From Camelus ferus (taxonomy: Eukaryota), in contig NC_045696.1 of the NCBI RefSeq assembly GCF_009834535.1, positions 13,084,001 to 13,148,000 on the forward strand: a stretch of 64,000 bases of DNA, in the 5' to 3' direction. The notes below the pieces were generated by a model. That model was not told where the DNA came from. It saw only the letters and a program-made list of their open reading frames with translations, and did no database searches. Positions 37,790-52,169 of this stretch are shown in pieces (position 1 is the first letter of the stretch; each line of letters starts with the position of its first letter). The position numbers and the translations under genes were made by a program.

Positions 37790-38600
37790 AGTTTAAAAAT
37801 CTGATTCATCTATTTATTGGCAAGATTAAGGACCTCATGGATTTTCTATTGCCTCATTTCTTTTATGTTCAAGAATGTCTGCCTGATACTTTTCAATGTG
37901 AACAACCTTCTAGCTGGAGATAATACTCTTGGGAAAATATTTTCTTTCTTTTAGAACGTAATAGACATTATTCTATCATCACCTGACATTTATTGACATA
38001 GTGAATAAATCAAAGGCCAGCATGATTTTTTAATTCTTGTGGGTGATTTTCACTATTTGCCTGGATGCCTGTGTAATTCTGTATTCTTGATGTTCGATGT
38101 TGTGTTGGTGTTCAGGGTCCTCCGTCACACTTGTTATGCCCAGTCATAATATGCTCTTTCACTGTAACACATCAGTTTTTTTTTTCTTGGAATTTCAGGG
38201 TTTGTTTTTTCTTGTAATATAACTTACAACATATATTTTGTGCCAATTTATTAGACTCTCGACCTCAGAAGCACCAGTCCTTCTTAAGATGGATTGTCTT
38301 TGTCCTTCATAAAATTTAGTTCCTAATTGTTTGAATGCCTTTGTCTTTTTTATATGCATTCATTGCCTTCGTTTTCACCTTTCCACCTGCCAGTAATTTG
38401 CTCTTTAGCAATGTCTGTTCAATTCCTTGTTGGTTCTGATATACGTTTTAGTTCATAAATGGTATTTATTGTCTTAGCTATGCAATTTCTCTTTTCATCT
38501 CAGCCTGTCTTTTAATCATCTTACTGTATCCATTAAAAAATTAAGCTGTTTTATAGCATAACAATTTTTAGAGGACTTTCCCTCTGTTCACTAAGTAGTT
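37790..38600 (-). mobile_element. Ancient L1 ORF1-side remnant
   Basis: ctagctggagataatactcttgg, gacattattctat, aaggccagcatgattttt. Confidence 0.45.
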
Positions 38601-38842
38601 TTTCCCTTTGGGCTTGGGTCTTTGTCTTTTTGATATTCTGCATCTTTTCCTACACCCACCCTTATAGCTGTCACATGTCTGCGGAGTTGCCATGCTGTTT
38701 CTTTTCACCTTGCTTGTGCTTTGGCCATTCTGTGCTGACATTCTCTTTGATCTGATATAGAGCCAGTGACTTCTTAACCCTCTGCCTGTCATGCATGAGA
38801 AGAGTTTGCTTTCCTCTCCAAGCTACAGTTTGAAAGCCAAGG

Positions 38843-39010
<168 letters not shown>

Positions 39011-40386
39011 TGTCTTCTACCCATTTTTAAGCAGCCTAAGGGGAAAATAGAGGAGAAGAGGACAGGTCAGCTGAAGAGCTGTCCTTTAGGACACCTGGCT
39101 AGGAGGCATTCACATTTCCATGGGCAGAGGTATCCTTGAACTTATGGTCTCTAGTCTTTGTCCCGGTGTCTGGCCCCCTTTATTACATGCCCTACCTTAT
39201 CTATTGGCAATGTCTCATTGGCAAAGAACAACTCACATCTCTGTGCTCTTTAGGGGATTATTATTGGCCATTATTTTCTGGCGTGTACACTTGGTTATTA
39301 TTTCCCTGTGTGGACCTTACAAAATCAGAGCCAGATCTCTTTTCTGTGCTTTCAGCTAAAGGTAGTTTGGCAGTTTTCTAGAGAAATTCATCATAAAAAA
39401 TTTGTTCTGGAGGAAACGCATTTTTTGCTTAATCTGCTGGTCATTTTTATCTCCATTTTTATTTTGAAAACTCAACTTATTAATACCATCTTGAAGCACT
39501 GGGAAACATCCATCCTGCATGTTTACAGACCATGCACATATTCCCATAATTCAGTGTATAGAGCGTCCTTGTTTTGGACTTAACCTGAATGATGTTAATG
39601 ACTGGCAGTGTTGGCCTAGCCTCTGATGATAGATTAATCACCATATAAGCAATGCAGGGGGTTGGCCATCTTTTTATTTCCATATCCCTGAAGTGGAAAC
39701 AAATATTAAGGTGATCCTAAAGAAGGTAGAAAATGTGCTAGCACTGTTGTTTCCCTAAGTCTGTCACTAAGACCGTTTTGGATTGGGTTTAGATTGTCAA
39801 GGCTCTTGAATTGTCTGCATTTACTAATCTCTGGAGATAAGTGGGAAACTAGGAGAAGACGAATGTACAATCGACATAAGGAAGTTTGGCGCCTAGCCAA
39901 GTGGATGGAATTACATTTATCAGGAGGGTCCTGCTGTTTAATTCACAGGCACAGATGCCCACATTCATCTGCGACATGAAGTCAGCTTTCTAATAAGTGT
40001 TGTCTTCCTTAAGGTTTCTTTCTCTTACTCTTTTCTGCTTGCTCAAATTTGAGAGTCATCGTCTGCAGATCCGAGAGAGGTGATTTTTCACTTGCCTTCA
40101 TTCAAAACAGGAGAGGGCATGAGTTTTGGTTCCAAATGTTTGATGTTGGTATTATATCCTTTATCAAGTATTCCTGGAAGAAAGTGTAATGGCTTTACTT
40201 TACTTCACAGCCATCAGATACATTAAATCCAGTGAATCTTGGTAAATTATTAAACAATTATTGATTTTGCTCTGGTGAACATCAAGATGTATTGATTTTC
40301 ACCCCAGTCAATAGTTTCCAAAGGCATAATAAATCTTGATGTTTATTGAAACATGCATGTTAATCTCAGTGAATGTGTAGGCGCAG

Positions 40387-40437
40387 ATATCTATATCTAT
40401 ATCTATATCTATATATGTCTCTCTCTATATATATATC
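40387..40437. repeat. (TCTATA)n/(TA)n simple repeat
   Basis: Direct reading. Confidence 0.8.
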
Positions 40438-42184
40438 AATGCTTAGATATTTATATTGTATTTCTTCTAAACATACTTATAAAAAACTATAATCCCCCAA
40501 AGATCTTATTATTTTTGCCTTACTTGTTCATTAATTATTCCTTTATTCTTTAAATTTTTAACCTCATTTATCTTTCCCTCGGTTGATAATAGTAAGGGAA
40601 ACTAAGGCTTGTGAAGGAATGTATTTGTCTTTTACAAACTAATTGGGGTTAATCTTCCTAGTAAGCTTGTAATTTATTGCAAAGGACATCTTGCTTTCTG
40701 TCTCCACTCATGTCAAGTTTCAATGCAACAATGAGAATAAGATGGTATGAGAATGGCCAAATTCACTTTTCACAAAGAGTGATCTTCAAATGCTTTGCAC
40801 AGCGATTAAGGCCAATGTGGAGAAAGTAACAGCTCCCATCCTTCTGATGCATATTTAAAGCTAAGAACTTAAACATTAAGATTTTATGTTCATATTATTT
40901 TTGTCTCTCTACTTTGAGCCAGTATGACGCCTGATAAAGTGCATCAATGTAATTTGCAGACACTACATGGGAACGAAAGAAAAGCCATTCTGAACTTAAA
41001 TATACTGGGTTTTCATGAAGCTTTTAGAGTTAAGATAACCTTTACACTTTAGGCATCTAATATAAAGAGGAATTATGTTTAAAGCACTTTGGGAAGCAAA
41101 GTGTTGTTCCTGTGGAAAAGAGGAGTAGACAGCAAATTTGTTGATGGCTTCTTTTTTCTTTCTTTTTCTTGCTGTGTAAAAATTTGGATTATAACACATA
41201 TCTATATAAGAACCCTTTTCCCCCTCTGAATATCCACAGGGATCAGGAGATGTGCCATCAAAATGTTTTGCTGGCTCTCCTGCAGGGTCCCCAAGATGAT
41301 CATTTTCTTTGTGGTGACAGACTTACTTTGACTTGGATCTGGAGTGGCTCTGCTGTTTCATTGAAGGAGCAAAGCAGAATAGCCTTTTGTGTGTCCTTGC
41401 TCATTGTTTATGAAATGGCTCATGATGGAGCTGTGCTTCATTCCCAGCTCTCGGCAAAGAGTGAGAAAAATGGTGAGGAAAGTGAAGTTTGCTTTTGATA
41501 CCCAGAGCATCCATTGTGTTCCACTTCATTCCACACCTCAACATCCCCTGCTCCATGGTTAATGCTCTTATGCTCCTATTTATTATGCTAATATTATTAC
41601 CTATTAGTATGTTTTATCTTATAAATAAATATTATTAAAAGTAAGTAAATTATTAGAATTATTAAAAGTAACATTTTGATATGAGTAATGTAAATGGAAG
41701 CTGATGTGTGATTTTTATAATTAAAACAATACTATTTATTTAAATTATACAATGGAAGTTGTTCTTTACAAAAAGGAATTTTAACAGTAGCAGCAGATAC
41801 AGAGATACTTGGGTATAAGGGACTTTTAGCAATGATATGACTGATATGACTGGTTTCAGCAGCTGCTTTGATCTATATGGTTTTGCCTTGAGACCTCTGG
41901 AACTGGCACGTCTAGGCTTCCTCCTCTCTGGGTTCTTTCAGTTATGTTCATGATAAGGATTTTATGAAGAAAAGAGTATAGTGTGGAAACAGCACAGACA
42001 GCACTGCAGGGTGGGAAGAACCCAGGGCTACTTGCCAAGAGACTCAGGTTCTTCTGTGTGCTTAATATTAGTTGTATGATTTTGGCAAATCACTTTTCCC
42101 ACCTGGATATTGCTGTTTTCATCTGTAAAATGATGACAGAGTGATGGTGATGATGAAGAAGAAGATAAAGACGATGATGATGAT

Positions 42185-42590
42185 AGAAACTAACATTTAC
42201 CAAGCACTTACTAGATGCCAGGCAGTATTCTACATGCTTTAACAAAAATGAATTCATTTAAATTTTTTTTGAAATTGTTTATTATTTATTTATTTATTTA
42301 GGTTTTTTGGGGGGGAGGAGGAGGTATTTAGGTTATTTATTTATTATTTATTTTAATAGAGAAACTGGGGATTGAACCCAGGACCTTGTGCATGCTAAGC
42401 ATGCACTCTACCACTGAGCTATATCCTCCCCACTTATTTAATCTTTACAACATCCTAATGAAGTAGGTACTGCTTATCTCATTTTACAGATGAGGAAACT
42501 GAGACATAAAAAGGTTAAATATTTCTTACGGTCACACAACAAAGACAATGTTAGAACCATGTGGACTGGCCCCAGGGCTCTTGTTCTTGA
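42185..42590 (-). mobile_element. MIR SINE interrupted by the lineage-specific SINE
   Basis: aacatttaccaagcacttactagatgccaggca...ctcattttacagatgaggaaactgag. Confidence 0.8.
42262..42431 (-). mobile_element. tRNA-Ala-derived camelid-type SINE (Vic-1-like)
   Basis: Minus strand GGGGAGGATATAGCTCAGTGGTAGAGTGCATGCTTAGCATGCACAAGGTCCTGGGTTCAATCCCCAG, AT-rich body, C-run, A tail; near-TSD tcatttaa/ttatttaa. Confidence 0.88.
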
Positions 42591-44062
42591 CAATGGCTAA
42601 AGTCCCTTTAAAGTTTATGATGCTATTTTATAGAAAGGTCACATCTGTGAGAAAGTAGGTGAGACAATATATCTCAATGGCCTTGAAGCCTATTTAATAA
42701 CCACAACCAGAAATAAATTGTGTTTCAGGAATATGTATCTTTACATCATCTATCTATTTATCTGTCATCTATCTAATATCTGTTTTAAAGTTGGAATCAA
42801 TTTGCTCAAGCTACTCTCAAAAATTCTAGTGCCTAAATCATGGCTCTTAATAGAAATGAATAATTAAACCCTGTTGCTAACCACTGCTGAGGTGTACTAT
42901 CGAATCATTTTTCCTCTAATGGCTGTTGGTATCACTAAAATAACTTTTATTTAAGAAGGGAAAACAACAACAGAAAGAAGGGCAGAGCCTTCAACTCCAT
43001 TAAAACACTAATGACATGTAGTAACATCACCTCGTTTTGAAACTGTTCCCTCTGAGAGGCTCTGAGTGCCCTCTAATTGTGATCTTATTCATTCTTGTGT
43101 TACTTCTGTTATTTACATATTATTTATAGATTTGAGCTAATTCCTTCTCTGTTCTCTCTGTTGTAGCCTTAGCGTCTGTGTAGTCTGGTGATACGGTTGT
43201 ATACGAGCCTTCTCTGCAGGTGGTTTCCCTGTCCCCACCATCTCTGTTTCTTCAGCATCTCAGAGTTGAAAGTTCTCCTTTATACTGTGACTAAAGGGGA
43301 AGAGAAGTTGTTGAAATGTTCCCCTTTCTTCAGGAATGAAGAATCTAGGTTCATTTAGTGAAGGTCTTAGTGACAGCCTGGTTTACTTGCTGAAAGCTTC
43401 AGCATTCTTTTAATGCCTTAGAGTATCGATGTGGTAAAAATCATCCACTGAAAGGATGATTTCCTGTTAGTTTTCCTGGAGGCATCTGTAGGATTTCTTT
43501 GAGAATTAGTATGGACCTAAATGCCTTATGTACACCTTTTCAATGAATTGCCACTTTCACTCCATTTGGAAGTTGGTGCTTGGAAACATGAAAACAATGT
43601 AAGAAACATTTGCAACTTTATACTTAGAATGATATATAAATGTACACATTTCAATCACATAATAAAATTAAATCTAAGAGCTGAAGAAGTCTGTTAATTT
43701 GCCTAGAAAGAGAGGTCAAAAAGAAAGGATGAGTTTACTAAAAAAAAAAAAAAAAAAACACAAACACAAAGTAAGTCTGTGGCTATTACAGGGTCTCGCA
43801 GTTATGATCATATCTTTGAAAATATCTAGTCAGCATCTCTGTATCTTTTCTCATAACGTCTCATCAATATAAGAGAGAAGAAAGCCTTCTAACTTACGTC
43901 ATTGAAATACAATTGATGGCCATAGACTCCAATTGCTTTGCTGCATGCTTTTCTGGGAGCAAAGGGGTAAGTATGAAAACAGGCCAAGACTAAGGTCGAC
44001 ACCAAGATAGAGCTTGACTATGCACAAACAGGAAGACAGGTCCTGTGTGCAGCAGCATTCAC

Positions 44063-44270
44063 AGTTGTGCTGGCCAGTATGGTAGCCAATAGCCTCACTG
44101 GGCTGCTTCAATTTAATTAAAATTAAAGATAATTAATAGATTAGTTCCTCCCTCATGCCATCCATGGTTCAAGTGGTCAATAGCCATATGTGGTTAGTGG
44201 ATACCATATTGGATGGTGCAGATAGAGAACATTCTCTCATTGCAGAAAGTGCTTTTGACCAGGAGTAGTT
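44063..44270. mobile_element. MER3-like hAT-Charlie element
   Basis: tcaatagccatatgtggttagtggataccatattgga...gaacatt...tcattgcagaaagt. Confidence 0.75.
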
Positions 44271-45014
44271 TAGAGTCAGAGCTTTAACTGCTGGAAAGTA
44301 AGTAATTTCTAACTGATTTGAAAGTAGGGGATTACCTGGACCACTGGTTAATTAGTTCAAGTGTCATTAATTAAAATTTGGCTAGGGGTACAAGAGGGGT
44401 GACCAGAACATGTTATGGAGGATTGCTCTTTCCTGCTTTATTTTTGACCTAAAGCTGGCAGAAGGTGACCTTTTTGGAGGGGAAGGAGATGGGAACTTTG
44501 ATTTCTTGTCTTTCTCCTTCCTTTGGAACCTCCTCTTGACTCAGATGTGAAGTTTAAAGTGTTTCTTCCTCTTCTGCATCCTATTTTAATATGCTACCAC
44601 TTTAGAAATTCTCATATCTAGTTTTTATGAAGATTGATGTGTCTTCACATAGGTCTTGACCATAAGTTTAATGCTATATGTCTCAGGCTTTCTTGTCTGA
44701 AAATGTACTTCATTGAACCCTCTGTCTGCCTCTAGCTGTCTTTTTCAGGGAGGGGATCTCCCTGGGGTCTGCCACTCCAGATTAAGAAGCCCAGCTGTCC
44801 CTACAGTAAAAATGCCACACTGTGGTTATAAGTATAAGAAGACTTAGCAGAGGTGACAAAGCTGCTGTAAATATATAATTGCTTGAATCAAAATCAAGGA
44901 ACAAGGGGTGGGCTTGGAAAGGAAGATGGGAGTGGATTTCTGGAAAACTTAAATGGCTTGTAGGATCTTTGCCCTTGGAAGTTTTCAATCAAAGAAGCTG
45001 AATACTTGTTGAAC

Positions 45015-45930
45015 ATTTCTTACCTCATCAATTACAATCACCTCCAAATAGTCTCCTGTCCTTAACATTGATCATGGTGGTTTTCCAAACGATATGTCCA
45101 CATCCTAATCCCTGGGACCTGTGAATGTAAATTTACTTGGAAAAAAGGTCTTTGCAGATGTAATTAAGATCTTGAGATTGTCCTGGATTACCTGAGTGTG
45201 CCCTAAATCTGATTCCAAGTGTCCTTAGATGAGGCAGAAGAGGAAATGTAGACATACAGGGAGGAGGCTGTGAAGATGAAGGCAGAGACTGGAGTGATAC
45301 AGCCAGAGGCAAAGATGCTGGCAACCGCCAGAACCAGGAAGAAGCAAAGGATGGATTCTCCCCTAGAGCTTCCAGTGGGAGTGTGGCCCTGTGCACACCT
45401 TGATTTCAGACTGTTGGCTCAGATTTCTGGCTTCCAGAACTGTGAGAGAATCAATTTCCGTTGTTTTAAGACACCAAGTTTGTGACAACTTGTTATGGCA
45501 GCCACAGGAAACTCATACAGATCCGCTCTGATGTATCCTCCAAACCACTTTTAGAATGATCTCATTTAAGACATAAATCTTATGCAAAATATAAAGTTCA
45601 AGTGTTTTGGAAAAGCTTCCAAAGACCCCTTGATTTGGTCTCTGCCTGCCTTTGTCCCTGAATAACTCTCGGTACCCCTGTGACTTTTAATGAGATCACT
45701 TCTTTGTTCCCTGGACACACTGCCAGTTTCATCCCACGGTGTCTTTGAACACAGTTCTTATTATCTGTAATGTCCTTCTGAGCCTTGTCCATCTGTTGTA
45801 ATTCTTGATCTTTCAAAATCCTACTCAGAGTCCCTGTACCCATGAAAATACGACACTGATGTTACTCCCTCCTTATCCATTATCACCTCTGCGTCTTGAA
45901 TATACACCCATATGACACAGTGCTTTTCTG
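45015..45930 (+). mobile_element. L2 fragment split by the MLT1 LTR
   Basis: attacaatcacctccaaatagtctcctg...aattcttgatctttcaaaatcctactcaga. Confidence 0.55.
45075..45519 (+). mobile_element. MLT1C/D-like solo LTR
   Basis: atatgtccacatcctaatccctgg...ccagaactgtgagagaat...ggaaactcataca; near-TSD gatca/gatcc. Confidence 0.88.
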
Positions 45931-45954
45931 CAGCCATCCATTCAATAATTTAAA

Positions 45955-48260
45955 AATTAATTTTTAATAAGTAATGCATTTATATGTTTCAAAAATAAAA
46001 ATGATTTAAAAAGTATTCATGGAGAAGACTTGCTCCCATTCTTCCCCCCACCCACCTTGTCTCTCCCCAATCCCTATAGATAAGGGAATATTTTAAAATA
46101 ATTTGTCTTTTTATGCATACATTTTCTGTATCAAAAGGCAGCACACTATATGCATTGTGTTGAACCTTACTTTTTCTGCTTAGTAGTATATCCTAGAGAT
46201 CTTTTTCTCATATCATTCATTATACAGAGATCTTTCTCACTCCTCTTTTTTATGGATACATGCTGTTCCACTGAGTAGATGACCCTGGGTAATTTAACCA
46301 GTCCCCAATCGTTGAACCCTTGGTTTGTTTCCATTATTTATTATTATATATAATGTGCTAATGAGAACTTTTGTAGGTATGTAACTTCATAAGTATGTAA
46401 GCGTAGGATAGATTTCTAGAAGTGAGATTTCTGGGCCAAATGGCAGGTGTAAATGTAATTGTACTAGACATTGCCAGATTTTCCCCCATAGGCATTGAAC
46501 CATTTTGTATCTCACTGACAATGTATAACTTGGCCTGTGGGCATAAGTTAGCAATACACAGTGTTGCACTCTTTTGTATTTTTGCCAACATGATTGGTGA
46601 ATGTAATAGATTCTTATTGCTGCATAACAAAATACCACAAACTTAGTAACACAACACGCACTGATTATCTCATGGTCTCTGTGGATCAGCAGCCCAAAGG
46701 TGGTTTAGCTGGGTCCTCTGTTCAGGCACTAGGTCTGCAACTAAAGCATTGTCTGGGGCTGCAGTCTCATCTGAAACTCAAGGTTTTCTTCCAAGTTTGT
46801 GTGGTTGTTGGAAGTACTCAGTATCTTATATTTGCAGAACTGAGGCTTTTTGTATCGATGTCACACACAGTTCTCAGCCATGGGACTCTACAGACAGGTC
46901 ACATCACAGTAGCTTGCTGCTTCTCTCCCGCCAGCAGGAGATTCTCTTGCTATAGTCTGTTAAGATGCAATCTCATTTTATGAAACATAATCATGAAGTG
47001 TCATCCCATCTCATCTGTCACATAATATAACCTAATCAAGGCAGTGACAGCCCTCCACTCTTGTCTCATTCTGTTGATGAGAAGCAAGTCATAGGTCCCA
47101 CCAACACTTAAGGGAAGGGGATTATGTAGGGCCTGAACCTGGAGGATGAAGATCATGGGGCCTTCATAGAAGTCTACCCATCACAATGTGAAATGTAGTT
47201 CTAATTTGCATTTTAAATTTATGATTATTTTGCACGTTTATGGACATTTGTATTTTTCTAGTGAACTGTCAATAGTCTTTGTCTATATTTCTCCTAGTTT
47301 TTTGTTATTTTTCTCCTAAATTTTTAAGAGCTCTTTATATGTTGGTAAATGCAGGCCTCTGACAGTGATATGGATACATGTAGTTTCCTCCATCTTGCGC
47401 TTCTTATGCTGTTTTTGAATGTAAAGTTTATGCATGTTTATGTGATTGAACTTATCAATCTTAAACTTTTCACTTCTTATTTCTGAGTCATAGCTCTAAA
47501 GGCTACTTCCATTTTGTGGCTTTAAAAGAATTCAACCATGTTATGATTTTATGTTTTACACCTAAACCCTAAATCCATTTGGAAGTTTTCTTTGAACATG
47601 GGGTTATTTATGAATTCAATAGTATCATTTTCCAAATGTACATTTGTTTGCCCCCAACATTATGCATTTAAGCTTATGATTATCACCACAGATTTAAGCA
47701 CTACTTTTAACATGTACAAAATTCACATATAAATTGGAACCTATTTGTGGAATTTGTCTTCTCATCTTTGGTCTGTTATATATGTTCCAATACCACACTA
47801 TTTTAATTATTAAAGTTTTATAGTGTATTTATTGGCATATAAGTCTTCTCTATTTCAGATAGTTCCTGGTTATTGTTCCTGGTTTATTTTTCCATATGAA
47901 CTTTAGAATTAGCTTATTTAATTTCAGAACAAAATTTCTTTTTTATTATTCTTATTGGGATTGTTAAATTTATGAATTAACCTAGAGAGAATTGACATTT
48001 TTATGGTATTATGTCTTTTTATCTATTAACTTGGTATATCTTTCAATTCATTCAGGTCTTCTGGGTCTCCCAGGAATCTATACATTTTTTTTTCTCATAT
48101 TGTTTTTACACATCCCTTGTTAGATTTATACCTAGGTATTTTGTCTTTTTCAGAATTATTGTTGCCATTAGAAATGGATCTTTTCCATTATATCTTCTAA
48201 GTGTTGTTTGTATACATGAAAGCTATTGATTTATATTAATTTTACATATGACTATATTAA
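45955..48260 (-). mobile_element. Old L1M 3' end and ORF2 region, split by an LTR
   Basis: aatttaaccagtcccc, tttctagaagtgagatttctgggccaaa, ttagatttatacctaggtattt, gctattgattt. Confidence 0.75.
46602..47185 (-). mobile_element. MLT1E/F-like solo LTR
   Basis: tgtaatag...ttgctgcataacaaaataccacaaacttag...agaagcaagtcataggtcc...ccatcaca. Confidence 0.8.
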
Positions 48261-48264
48261 TATT

Positions 48265-48610
48265 TAGAAAATATTTATTGCGTGCCTAACATGTAATGGT
48301 TTCTGCACAAGAGCTGATTTCACAATACACAAAATAGTGAAGGCCCTTGCCCCTAGTGAGCTAAGGCATAGTGGAGGAGGCAGAAAGTAAACACGTAAGC
48401 AAACAAATAAGTGTATAATGACTATTGTGATCAATGCTATGAAGACAATGAAGACTGTTTAGTAATAAATAATAATTATTAAAGTGTGTCTTATCCAATT
48501 ACAGAAACTTTGAGAGTTTGGTCCATGCTTTATTTATCTCTAGGTCTCCAGGGTCTAGTGCACTGACCAGGAAACAAAAGGCAGTATATATTTATTGAAC
48601 TGAATAGAAC
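48265..48610. mobile_element. Two L2 3' fragments in opposite orientation
   Basis: atatttattgcgtgcct... (minus) and tctagtgcactgacc...ttattgaactgaat (plus). Confidence 0.55.
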
Positions 48611-49344
48611 TCACTTACTTTGAGCTTAGGAGAAATAATGTTTTAATTCTGTTAACGTGATGACCATACAGCCAGGTTTTTCAAACAATTTTATATTTTA
48701 AATATTCTCTATAAATGTATTATCACACCACAGGTCTTAAGAATTTGTTTGGAAATTGGCCACCACAGTTACAGCTTTTGTCCAAAGAGTCTTTGCATAT
48801 CTCAGGTCCATATGCAGAGTAAACCCTTAGTCCTCAGCATGAGTGTTTTGAAGATAGGTTGGCTGAAAGGGATACCCCTATGTAAAGTTCTGATTGAGGT
48901 ATCAAAGTCAAACTAGTTTATGAAGCCTACTTAGAGCTTGTGTGTTTCCAACCACAGGTGTTAAGGCTTACATCTTTTATGCCAGTAGGCAAGAAAGAGG
49001 ATGCTTTAACAGAGAGAATTCTATTTATATGTATAGGCTTTTCATTGTTGTTTCACTTTCCCTCTCCAAATATTAATAAAAGGCAAGTCAAGAACCTAGG
49101 GTTTAGTCTGTTAATTTTTTATTTATAGTCTTATGACTCTGGCCAACTTATACCAGCTTAAAGGAATATGTAAAATCTGCAAAGTTATAGACATTGGAAA
49201 GAATGAGAAAGAAACGGAATGAAAAACAAAGTTGGAGACATAAGACAGACTTGCTATTAATAGGCTCCAGTTTGGGCTCTTATCTGTTAGAAAACATACT
49301 GAGCATTAACACAATTTACAGTTCAATTAAGATTTAAAAAATTC

Positions 49345-49490
49345 ATAATAATAGCAGAAATATATTTGGTGCTTACTCTGTTCCAGCCACCATGGTAAGC
49401 TTTTAAAAATGCACTGCTTAATTTAGTCCTTGCAGCAAATATTTGATAAGATAGGCACTAATACAACTCTGTTTTACAGAAGAAGAACAG
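49345..49490 (-). mobile_element. MIR fragment
   Basis: gtgcttactctgttccagccac...atttagtccttgcagcaa...gttttacaga. Confidence 0.6.
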
Positions 49491-49971
49491 CTATTACTGA
49501 TATTAAGACAAGAAAGGAAATTATTGAGAAGAGTCTTATAAGGAAGATACTGTGCAAGAAATGAGCAATACTGCTCACGATATCTGTACAGTGGCTACTG
49601 CAGTGAGTTTCACATCTGCCTTTTGTAGCATCCTTTGATCTAATGGCCTCATGCTGAGCTCACAATGGTTCTACAAGGTGGCCAATGCAATGAATCAAGC
49701 TCTTCTGGTAGAGCATCACTCAGGGATGGATTTAGGAATATTTGGAAGAATACAGTGTTTGAATGTCCTGTAGGCAATTCTTTAAAAATGTTACATATTC
49801 TACTTAAGTGATAGTTAGAAGTAGGATGTGTTGACTTCAAGATGGTTTTAAACTTTGGAAAGGAAACTGTGGGTGAAAACCAGTGCTTAGGTCTGGCCAC
49901 CCTTGACCTGTAAGCATGACTAGTAAACCTTCTTTTCCAATGAAAGGCTGTACCAGGTAGATGAAAAGAGG

Positions 49972-50330
49972 TGTTTCAGTTAGGTAATGCTACGCTGTGC
50001 TGTGGTAACAAGTAAGTCCCTGAACTGCAGTGACTTTGTATAAAAAATTCTTATTTCCTCTTGTATAAAGTCCAATTGCATCTGACAGCTCTTCCATCTT
50101 GTAGTAATGCCCCCTGGAGCAAACAGCCTCCCAGGGTCAATGTAGCAGGGGAAAAGAGCAATTCAGAAAAGGAACACCCATTCTTACCTTTCTCGGCTGG
50201 GAACTGGCATATTGTCTTTGCTCATGTTCTACTGATAAGAATTAGTCACATGACACTATTCTGATGTATGGGTTTGGGAAATATGGAGAGGCACATGGAT
50301 ATTTAGTGAGCACTGACCATCTGTGCCACA
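49972..50330 (-). mobile_element. Old MLT1 (H-J-like) solo LTR
   Basis: tgtttcagttagg...gctgtggtaacaa...aattagtcacatgac...tctgtgccaca. Confidence 0.7.
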
Positions 50331-52169
50331 TAAGGAATAAGGGCTTTCTTCTGGGAATTTCTCTCCTTCTGTCTTTCTTCTTTCTTCTTACCTCTTTAGA
50401 TCTCTGATACCATGAAACAATATCCTTATGATTCCAGATTCCCCGTCTTCAGGCACTCAGTTCAGACAAGAAGTGGTGTCTAAGAGGGTGAGCAAAGAGA
50501 CAGAAAAGTAGGAAGGCGAGAGAAAAGGGAGAGGACATCCCTTCAACTGTCACTTCTCATCTCTCTACAGCTGGTTCCCATCTCCATTCCTCACAACCCA
50601 GCTCTGGCTGATGGTTGCAAGGGGGAAGGAGATTAAAGAGAAGAGAGAGAATCCATTCTACTGCTTCTAAGGGACCTCTGTTATTTCTTTTCCTTCGAAT
50701 CCCTTTCTTTTACCTTTATTTAAAAGCATTTATCCCATAAACACATATTTTAGCACATTCTGTGAGCAAGTCATGAATAGGCACTGGGTATCCAGAAATG
50801 CACAACGTGGTGGCACTGGGCTCCAGGGACTCTTGACTTGTGGATGAACGCCAAGAGCTGCAAAGTGGAAATAAAAAATTCAAAACCAAGTGAACAAATA
50901 AGTGATTGATTTAATGCTTGATTGAATAGGATACTCAGGGCTTCCACCTTGTGTGAAGAGAGAAGAATCTATGAGAAAGGAGGCTTGTCTTGGGGCAGTA
51001 CTGAGTTGGAAAGCGAGCAAGGAAAGGCAAAGGGAGATGCGGAAGTTGCCAATTTCATCATCACCCATTATCTCCAGTCTCCTTCTTCCCTCCCCTCTAA
51101 CCCTTAGCCCACCCTTCTCTTACCTCACAATGCAAGTCCTGATCCTTCTCCTCACAGCCCTGCTCTAGCATCTATTCCTTAACCCTCTGGTGTCTGCACA
51201 TGAGGTGGAGGCAAGGAACATTCCTATTTTCGGTCTTGGTCCTACAGGAGATGTGTCTGTGTAGCTGGCATCCCAAATTGGAATTAAGACTTGATCCCAT
51301 TTTTTAAAAATAGAAACTTTACAATACAAAGTGAAAAGGTGGAGTATGTGTTTGCTGTGTGTTTATTGCATATGTTAGGGTACTTTAGGATATAAACACA
51401 GTTTTGTCATGTAGTCTGAAGACCTAATTGCCGTTTATAACATTATTTTCTTGGCAGAGATGATGTAAGAGGTGATTAAGTCTCAGAGCAGCAATTGACC
51501 TAAATGATCTCTGAGGCTCTTTCCAACCTGTGGATGCTATGAATGTGTGGGAATATATATATGTGCTCTAACTTCTAAATGAGAGGTTCAAAATGAGCCT
51601 TTGGAACCTGTCAGTAATTAAGAGGGAGATTGCCTGCAATGTAGCAAGTTCTGATTCCTTCAATTTCTCTTCATTCTTGAGTTTTCACCTATAAATTACT
51701 CTCTTTTTTTTTCTCCTACTCTTTCTGCATATTAACACAGCATTCCTTAATCCCAAATGGCTGCTATTTGATTTAAGCAGTTCTGAATCTTCACTATTTC
51801 ATTAAGTGAAATAAATATAATCTCCAACAGGGTGGAATACACTTCTGAATGAACGACAAGGGAATATTTCATTAATTTGCTTCTAAATCTTTGCAATCAT
51901 GTACATTAAAATGTTTGACTGATTCTTTTCCTCTAATAAAATGAGAAGTGGTTGTTAATTTTTTATCACTCCCCTAAATAAACTGTACCATTCCTAATGG
52001 ACGTCTAACTAGAATTAATCTCAAACAGAAATCATTAGTAACATGTAAAGAGGATTTTATCAAGAGGTATATTTTCCTGAAGGTAGTTTACATTTGTACT
52101 CAATCACTTTGGGCTCTCTACCACAAATTTCAATTCTTTTAAAGAAAAAAAAAACTTATATACAACTTG

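Noticed and set aside
39585..39687. Minus-strand exon with a good acceptor
   Set aside because: Donor is non-consensus (GTTAAG) and the peptide is unrecognisable
41327..41449. Minus-strand exon with a GTAAGT donor
   Set aside because: Only GAG acceptors are available and all three frames contain stops
42355..42431. tRNA-Ala(AGC) gene, also at 56950-57028
   Set aside because: Acceptor stem is imperfect and the head is followed by a SINE body and A-rich tail; these are SINEs
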